Below the pieces are notes generated by a model that saw nothing but the letters and a program-made list of their open reading frames with translations, was not told the DNA's origin and ran no database searches. Of a DNA stretch of 35,346 nucleotides, positions 24,001 to 33,000 are shown piece after piece. Position 1 is the first letter of the stretch. Every line of letters starts with the position of its first letter. The stretch covers positions 1-35,346 of the forward strand of contig LT635945.1 of assembly GCA_900128565.1 (NCBI GenBank). Direction: 5' to 3'. The translations under genes and the position numbers were made by a program. The stretch comes from Stramenopiles sp. TOSAG23-6 (lineage: Eukaryota).

Positions 24001-27000
24001 AACCAAAGCAGCATGTCAGAGCATATGTGAACAGAATATATTGTGTACATCATTCCAAACTACTCCAGATAGAAGTTGTTACATCTTTTTCGGTGAGGGT
24101 TCTAAATTTGAGGTTTCTGGTTGTGAAAATTTTCCAAATGGCAGTCAAATATTTGCTGACACGAAATGCTACAGAAAAAACACAACATTCTCAATGGATT
24201 CAATCCAACCTCAATGTAAAAGTAAGACTTTGAGCGTCGATAGCAAAATGGAGTGCGAGCCTGATGCATGCATGGTTATTGGAATGAAAGCTCCTAAAAA
24301 TGGCTCACCTTTACCGGGAACTTGTTCAAATGGCACAACTATTCAGCATGGCAAGTCATGTGATTTATCTTGCAAGGATGGTTATACCAAGTCTGGCACA
24401 CCGCCATCATGTAATGCTGGAAAGTTTTTTGTCGGTGAAATTACGTGTACTCCAAGTGATTGTATCGTTGTTGGTATGTCATCATTTGTGTCGAAATCAT
24501 CAAATGTTTACCCATCAAATGAGTATTCATTTATTGGAGACGGATGTTGTGATGTCACCAATGGTAAGAAGAAAACGATAGGCACTGGTATTACAAATGC
24601 CAAGTGTGAAGCAAGATGTGAAAATGAAGAGCAATGTATATCATTTGAACTAAGCGGGTGTAATTCGGATTTATCTTGTAGTGGAACATGTATTCTCCAT
24701 TATGGTGATGCAACATTATTAAGTACAAAGACTTGCAGCTCGGGGATTAAGTGTTTCAAAAAGGAAAACACCGGGAGGTTTCTATTGGCCCAGGGAACAA
24801 CCTCTTCTACTAATGCTACTTCATCAACGTGTATAGATGGTGAAGTACTGAAACACGGCGAATCATGTAAGTTTAGTTGTGCACCTGGATATTTAACCCA
24901 AGCGCAACATCCAAAATGCAATGCTGGTAATTTTGAACAAGGTTGGGTCAAGTGTATCCCTCTGTCATGTAAAGTTACCACAGGTATTGTTGTACCATCA
25001 AATGGTGAAGATATCCCTGAGTCGTGTTCAGTTGGGAAGATGTTGAAACATGGTGAGTCTTGTCGCTTGACTTGTAAATCAGGTAATGCATTATCAGGCA
25101 ACCAGCCATCATGTAAAGCTGGCATATTCGATGTAGGTAGTGTGAAATGCACGCCTAAAAAATCTAGCGGAACTGACAAGGATTGTACTGTAGGCAGTAT
25201 TACTTTTCCAGAGAGATCTATTTATGGAATATGTTATCCAGGAAATCTGATAAAACATGGTGACACATGTAATTATTCGTGTGAAGAGGGATTTAATCCC
25301 CAGGGGGAAAAACCAAAGTGCACAAATGGTATATTGAGTGCAGGAAGTTTCAAATGTATTCCTAGACATTGTACTATTTTTGGTATGCCAGAAGTTTCTG
25401 ATGTTGTCACTGAATGTTCTAATGGAATGATCATAAATAATAATGAAAAATGTTCTGTATCTTGTAGAAAAGGATTTGTTGCTACTGGAAATCCACCATC
25501 TTGTAATGCTGGTAAATTCAACCCAGGGTCTGTTACATGTGTTCCGAATACATGTATAGTTGCTGGTCTAAAAGATGTATATAATGGCTCTTTTGATGCA
25601 AAATGTTCAAATGGGTCCTTTCTTGAACATGGCACTCAATGTAATTTGACATGTGACGATGGTTACGAAGTTGAAGGAGATGCACCTTCATGCAAAGCAG
25701 GTGAATTCAACACAGGCTCAATAGAATGCAAACCATCTAATTGTTTTGGCTTCCAGTATGAAGGATGCTTCAATGAAGATGCCGCGGTTCCAGAATTTAC
25801 AAAGTTAATCCGTAATGGTAAACTTTTGCGTCCATGGAGATGTGCGCGCATTTGTTACCGTAAGGGGTATAATTATGCTGCTGTCAGAGATGGTGGTGTC
25901 TGTTCCTGTGGAAATTCAGTAGGAAAACATGAAGCTGCGACTGAAGCTTCTTGCAATGTGGCTTGCGCTGTCAAAGCTAATGCAAAAGAAGCTAGTTTGA
26001 CGATTGGAGATAAATGTGGTGGAGCTTCACAAAATTCGGTGTATAACTTAACTACTTTCCCATTACCGGCAAATGCTAAAACAAGTGTTGGATATAACAA
26101 AAAAGAAGATACATTTTTTGATCCTTGTTCAGTTGGAGATATCAAACACGGTCAGTCTTGTCTTTTGAGGTGTAAAAATCAATTTGCAATGTCAGGTACT
26201 CAACCAAAATGTTCATTTGGTATACTCAATCCCAATACATTTTCGTGCTCCCCCGCGAATACATCATCTGACTGTGTTGTGGATGGAATTACAATCCCTG
26301 AAAATGGTAGTAGGGGTACATGTATTGATGGCTTACTTGTTAAAGATGGAGGTTCTTGTGAATTAACTTGTAATACTGGATTTGTTTTGTCTGGAGCACA
26401 GCCAGTGTGTGGTTCGAAAAAAATGGGGTCTCATAGCATCAAATGCATAGCTGAGACATGCACAATACAAGGCCTGTTCCCGGTGGAAAATAGTTATGCT
26501 ATGTCAGGAGCTTGTGCAAATGGGGCCACTCTAAATCACCGTGATATTTGTAACGGTTCTTGTCTTACAGGATATACCATTGCAGGTACACAGCCTTCAT
26601 GCTCTTTGGGTAACTTCCGCAAAGGGAGTTTCTCTTGCAAGCCAGATGATTGTATCATTAGTGGGTTTGTAAAACCACTGAATGCTCAAGATCTTCCTTC
26701 TACATGCAAGAATGGGGCGATACTTTCACATAATACAAGCTGTTCCCTGAAGTGTATGTCGGGTTATCAGACAAATGGAATGCAGCCTTCATGTAATGCT
26801 GGGCATTTTTCTCCAGGTTGGTTATCGTGTAGACCACAGAACTGCATTGTTGAGAAATTTGGAGCTATAAGTGATAGTAATCCAATTCCGACAAGTTGCA
26901 AGGCTGGAGCTTTACTTTTACACGGCGAGTCATGTGACATTACATGTTCGAAGGATTATTCTTTGTCCGGTACACAACCAAGTTGTAGTTTAGGTAAATT

Positions 27001-30000
27001 TTCTGCCGGGACAGTTACATGTACAAAAATAAGTTCATCATCGTCTTGTGTATCAACTTTAATTACAGTAGTAAATGGAGTTGTAAGTAGTGCTTGTAGT
27101 CCTGGATCTCTCTTGGCGAAAAGCGCAAATACCACATGCGGTGTCAAGTGTGACCCAAATTATAAACTATCAGGCACACTGCCTGTATGTTCATCTAGTG
27201 GTTTTAACCTTGGTAATCCAGAATGTAAACCTAATGATTGCTTGGTCAATGGAATCATTAAAGATATTAATGGAGAAGAAATTCCACCAATGTGCTATGA
27301 GGGAGCTACACTACCTGACGGCGAATCTTGCGATTTGGCGTGTAAAAAAGGATTCACTGTTAAAGGAGAACAACCAATGTGTGATGGGGGTGCTTTCTCG
27401 CCAGGTTCAGTAACTTGTAAACCGAATGACTGTACTGTGGTTGGAATGCCTCTTGTTGATTTTTCAGATGGTTGGATAGCTTTAGGTGGTGGTGAATGCA
27501 AGAATGGGTACACTTTGAATCATTCATCAATTTGTTCATTGAAATGCATGGTAGGATATTCACCAAAAGGCCAGGGGCCTTGGTGTTCCTCGGGTAGTTT
27601 TGAAACTGGTTGGGCATTCTGTGAAGCTGATTCATGCACTGTTGACGAGGAACTAACTGCTGAAACTTCTGTTTTAAGTAGACGCCGTCTTGAAGAAAAC
27701 GCTCTACAAATACATCCAATGTTCAGTAATGGTAGTCGACGTCTCTCAAAAGATGTGTCTAGTGTTCAAAAATGCCACACTGGTGATGTTGTCGCACACG
27801 GTGAAGCATGCGCAATGACATGCCCACCAAATTATGCTTTGCAAGGAGAATACACACATTGCACTTGTGGTTTGTGGAGTGTCAGTTCAGTGACTTGTTC
27901 GTTATATGATAAAGCTGTTGATTGTATTATTGACAATAGTAAATTAAATTCATTACCTACGGGGGGTCTTCCCGACTCAGGTTGTTCAGATGGATTTTTA
28001 CTCAAGGATGGCTCCACATGTCACTTTGGCTGTAAGAAAGGTTACACAGTTACAGGTACACAGCCAACTTGTAATAAAGGAACAATGAATCTTGGAAATG
28101 TTTCATGTAAAGCTACGGGTTGTATTGTATCTGGTATGCAAGCGCCACTTAATGGAGATAAGCTTCCTGGTGCATGTTCTAACGGTCAACTTATTGAAGA
28201 TGGAAAATCGTGTTCACTTTCTTGTCTCCCAGGGTATGATATATCGGGAGCTCAGCCATCTTGTAGTTCCGGGAAATTTTCAAAAGGGACTGCAACGTGT
28301 GCTCCAAAAAATTGTACTGTTGCTGGATTGACTAAACCTACCAATGGTAAGTCTATCCCTTCTTCATGCAGTAATGGAAAGACTATCACACATGGAAGCA
28401 GCTGTAATCTTTCATGTTTAGATGCATATAATCTCAGTGGGAAACAACCATCGTGTAAAGCTGGTGTATTTGATCCAGGATGGGTAACATGTTCTCCAAA
28501 AGATTGTACAATACCCCAAAATTTTGTGATTCCAACAAACGTTCAAGGTACTTGCACCCCAGGTGGAAATTTATCTCATGGTGCCACGTGTAACTTATCA
28601 TGTAAAACGGATAAAGAGTATGCGTTTTCTGGCACACGGCCGTCATGTAATGCAGCAACTTTCAGTGCAGGAAATGTGGCATGTGCAGTGAAACAATCTG
28701 ATGATTGTAAAGTGAAACAAGGTGAAATTTCAACTCCATCGAATGGTTCACTCGCACCAGCGTGTAATGTTGGTCAAATATTAAAATTTGATTCTGAAGC
28801 AGAAGATTGTGTGAAATGTAATCAAGGGTATAAACTTTCGAACTCATTCGTTCAACCAAAATGTGGAAACAGTGGATCTATCGTTTATTCTCCGCCAACC
28901 ACAGTGTGTATTCCTGATGCATGTATTATAACAAATATGATTCCTCCTCAAAATGGAAAGGCACTTCCATCTGCTTGTACAAATGGGAAAACACTCAATC
29001 ATGGTAGTTCGTGTTTGATAGAGTGTGCTACTGGATATTCATTGGTTGGCAATCAGCCATCATGTTCAGCCGGCGCATTTAGTATCGGTTCAATTTACTG
29101 TAAACCGAAAAAGTGTACAATTAGTGGAATAGTACAGCCAACAAATGGCGCGTCACTTACTGGTGTTTGTGAAAATGGTCAATTTCTGGCACATGGACAC
29201 TCATGTGGTATCAAATGTAATCAAGGATATGATTTCAGTGGAAAACAACCATCTTGTAATGCAGGGGTATTTGATAAAGGTTGGTTTATTTGTAAACCAA
29301 AGGACTGTACAATACTACCAATGAATGTACCAACAAATGGTGCCCCACTACCAGATAATTGTAAAATCAACAAAGTTCTTAAACATGGACAAAAATGTGT
29401 TTTGACATGCCTGCCCAACTATTCGTTATCTGGCACGCTACCTTCTTGTTTGGCAGGTACATTTAGTCCAGGTAGTGTAAAATGCTTATCTACTGACAAT
29501 GCAAAGGATTGTCGAGTGAACAATATCTCACTATGTACCCCTGTTTCCAAAAATGGGGTTCTTGTTAAGAGTGGCACAAGCTGTGATCGTCGATGTGATG
29601 AAGGGTATACAGTAACTGGAACAAACCCATCTTGTACTAACGGCAATTTGACAAATACTGGTAAGGTATCATGTGTTGCAAATACTTGTATTGTAGCAGG
29701 GATGAAGACACTGGAAAATGGAGCAAGCCTTCCAGTAGATTGTACCAATGGAAAAATATTAGCAAATGGTGCCAAGTGTAGTCTTACATGCAATTCAGGA
29801 TATTCTCCGTCAGGTGAACAACCTTCATGTGACAAAGGAGTATTTAAGATTGGATCAGTTACTTGTGCGCCAAATAGTTGTACTGTTTCTAATTTGTCAA
29901 AACCTACAAATGGAAGCGATATTCCAACATATTGTACGAATGGAAAAGATATTGTTCATGGAAGTAGTTGTAAACTGACATGCGAGACTGGTTACTCAGT

Positions 30001-33000
30001 TTCCGGAAATCAACCATCTTGTAATCTTGGCAATTTCACTTCGGGTAATGTCTCTTGTTCTCCAAATAAATGTACTGTACCAGGTTCATATAGTGTTCCA
30101 CTAGATGCCGTGAAAAAAGGCGACCAAAGTTGTTCATCGGGAGAATCTATGAATCATGGTTCACAATGTTTATTTACTTGCAACGCACCGCATACTCTTA
30201 AAGGTACAAATCCATCATGTTCTGCAGGAAAATTTAACCCCGGTAGTACATTTTGTCATTGTACTGTAGTGGACATAAAAGCACCTCTAAATGGTTCAAT
30301 TGGCTCTTGCATAAAAGGATCGAATGTGAGTAAATGTGATTTGAAGTGTAATCTAGGGTATACATTATCCGGAACACAACCGGTATGTATAGAAAATTCG
30401 GTTGCAGCAAACAATTCGGACCCTGTAAAGTGTACAAAAGTTCCATGTCCGAACAATACCATTGGTTTGGGTGGAGGTTCCCCGTGCACGTGTCCATCTA
30501 AGCACTCTGGGGGTTTTACCTTGGGAAGTAGTAGTAATGCATATGATGTAGGCAGCCAATGTCAGTTGATCAGTTGTCCTGCTAATAGTGCATTTAATAA
30601 TGATAAATCAGAATGCCTTTGTAATTCACCATACAAGGGAACAATAATGTATTCTGAAACAAAGAAAAAATATGAGGGCGAATGTAAAATTGAATGTCCG
30701 TCGCTATCCAAAGGTAGCGGTAATGGAAGTACGTGCTCGTGTGTATCTGGATATACTGGAACAGTCACATGGACTTCAAGTAATAAGACATATTGTACTA
30801 CCTGTTGTCATAAGGTAGCATGTCCCAGTCATAGTGAAGGAGATGGGGCTGGAAAAGAATGTCTCTGCAAGCAAGGTTATACAGGTACAGTTCCGTTTAA
30901 TACAGGCCAAAATAAGTATACTGGAGCTTGTAATAAAGTTACTTGTCCAACAAATAGCACTAAAAATGATAATGGACCATGCACGTCATGCGAGCCTGGT
31001 TACACTGGAACGATTCAATTTAACAATAGCAGTAGAACATATATGGGTACATGTACTCGGATCAACTGCCCATTATATTCTACAAGAAGTGGAAATCAAA
31101 ATGTCTGTGTTTGCGATAAAGGTTATACTGGAAATATTACATTTCTTTCTGATAAAAATGAATATTCTGGGAAATGTACAGCTGTGGCTTGCCCGGCAAA
31201 TTCTGGTGGCCCTGGCGCCAAAGACGGATGTCAATGTTTGAGTGGTTACGATGGAGAAAACCCAAAATTTAATGAAAGTGGCAATGCATACTCAACTGGT
31301 ACATGTACAGCGGTTGCATGTGTTACAAACAGCTCAGGTACCGGAAACTGCAAATGTAACAAAGGGTATGGGGGAAATATGAAATTTGATCTCTCAAGCC
31401 GAAAGTATACTGGTGCATGTAATGCGCTATCCTGTCCCAACAATAGTACGGGAAATGGCAAAGGTGAAAGTTGTACATGTGATTTAGGTTTTAGTGGAAC
31501 AATTAGTTTTTCAGATGATAAAAATACTTATGAAGGTAAATGTGTGAGTATCCCTTGTCCATCCAATAGCACAGGTAATGGTCAAGGTGGTACTTGTACA
31601 TGTAATCCCGGTTTTTCTGGAAACGCCACATTTTTGTCCAATACAAACAAATATGAAGATGATTGTAAAAGCATTCCTTGTCCAGTCAATACAGTAGGTG
31701 CAGGTGGTGGTAAGAATAATTGCATTGTTGTAGATGGACATAAAGGAACTGTCGTGTTTTCTGCAAAAAATAATAAATACGAATCATCATTGTCAGTAGT
31801 AGCTTGCCCAGTAGGTAGTTCAAAAACAACAAATGTTTGTTCATGTTCTACTGGTTATTATGGCAACCTTGTTTTCGACAAAGAAACATCATCATACACA
31901 GGCATTTGCACTAAAATCCAGTGCCCCAAAGATAGCACTGGTTCAGGTGGTGGAAATGAATGCAAATGTATTTCCGGGTATTCTGGAACTATTACGTTTG
32001 ATACAAAATTAAATGTATATCAAGGATCGTGTAAAGATGATTCTAAATGTCCTTTAAGAAGTGCAGCCGATGAATCTTCATCCCCCCCTCGCAAATGCTA
32101 CTGTCACCAAGGTTACTCTGGCACAATCTCTTTTGATACGACAAGCAAAAAGTATGTGGGGGTATGTACCCCAGTAAATTGTCCTGCTCATAGTTTGCGA
32201 GATCCACCTTTGCCATTAGGATCGCGAAGAAACTTAGAGGCTAATGATGTGTACGGTGCCCAATCCGCTGCTAATGTACCATATGGCTGTGTCTGTAAAG
32301 CAGGGTGGAATTTCGGCAGTAAACATGGAATAACTTGGTCAAAGACGAGTCAAGTTTTCGTTGGTGAATGCTCACCAAAACCTTCTGAGGAGGACGGTCT
32401 TGTGGCCATACTCTGGATACTTCTTGGTGGTTCTATCGTTGCTGCTTTATTTCTTGGTGCACGGTATGCCCAAAAAATAATGAAACCTAGCATAGCCGCA
32501 AAACGTAAAAAGAGAAAATCGAAAAAGACAAAGGGTAAGGTTGCACCATTGGAAACTTTGGACAATAAAGAAGGTAGTAAACCAGGTATCAGTGATTACA
32601 CAGGCCTGGGAAATACTTTACTCAACGAAGAGAAAACTAATGATGGATATGGGTATTATGATTATTCAAATTCAGATGACTATAGCGATGGTTCTGAAGG
32701 TTTTTGGATGGATATGGATGATGGATACAGTACAGATGAATATTACACCGATGGCTCCTTTGATTCAGATGATAGCGATTTTTTTGCGCAAATGGAAAAT
32801 AGAGCAAAAAATAATCTATTAAAAAAGGAGGAAGCCGCAACAATAATACAAGCAAGAGAAAGGGCCAATCAAGCCCAGAATGATTTTATAGTAAAAAAAG
32901 AGAGTGCAATTCAAGTACAATCTCTTGCCAGAGGTTCCAATGCACGCAAACCTCTGAAAAACTATAGTGATGATGATGTAATTGCTTTACCAAAAGAACC

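Larger units (their letters stand above)
2..30433 (+). repeat. Array of about 107 six-Cys Sushi/CCP-like modules (~60-65 aa) in a four-module period
   Basis: Consensus C-x(n)-P-x-NG-x(n)-C-x2-G-x2-L-x-HG-x2-C-x3-C-x2-GY-x3-G-x-QP-x-C-x2-G-x-F-x2-G-x3-C. The C-x3-C-x2-GY-x-L-x-G core and six Cys resemble selectin-type CCP modules. Every fourth module usually ends FxPGWxxC. Confidence 0.8.
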
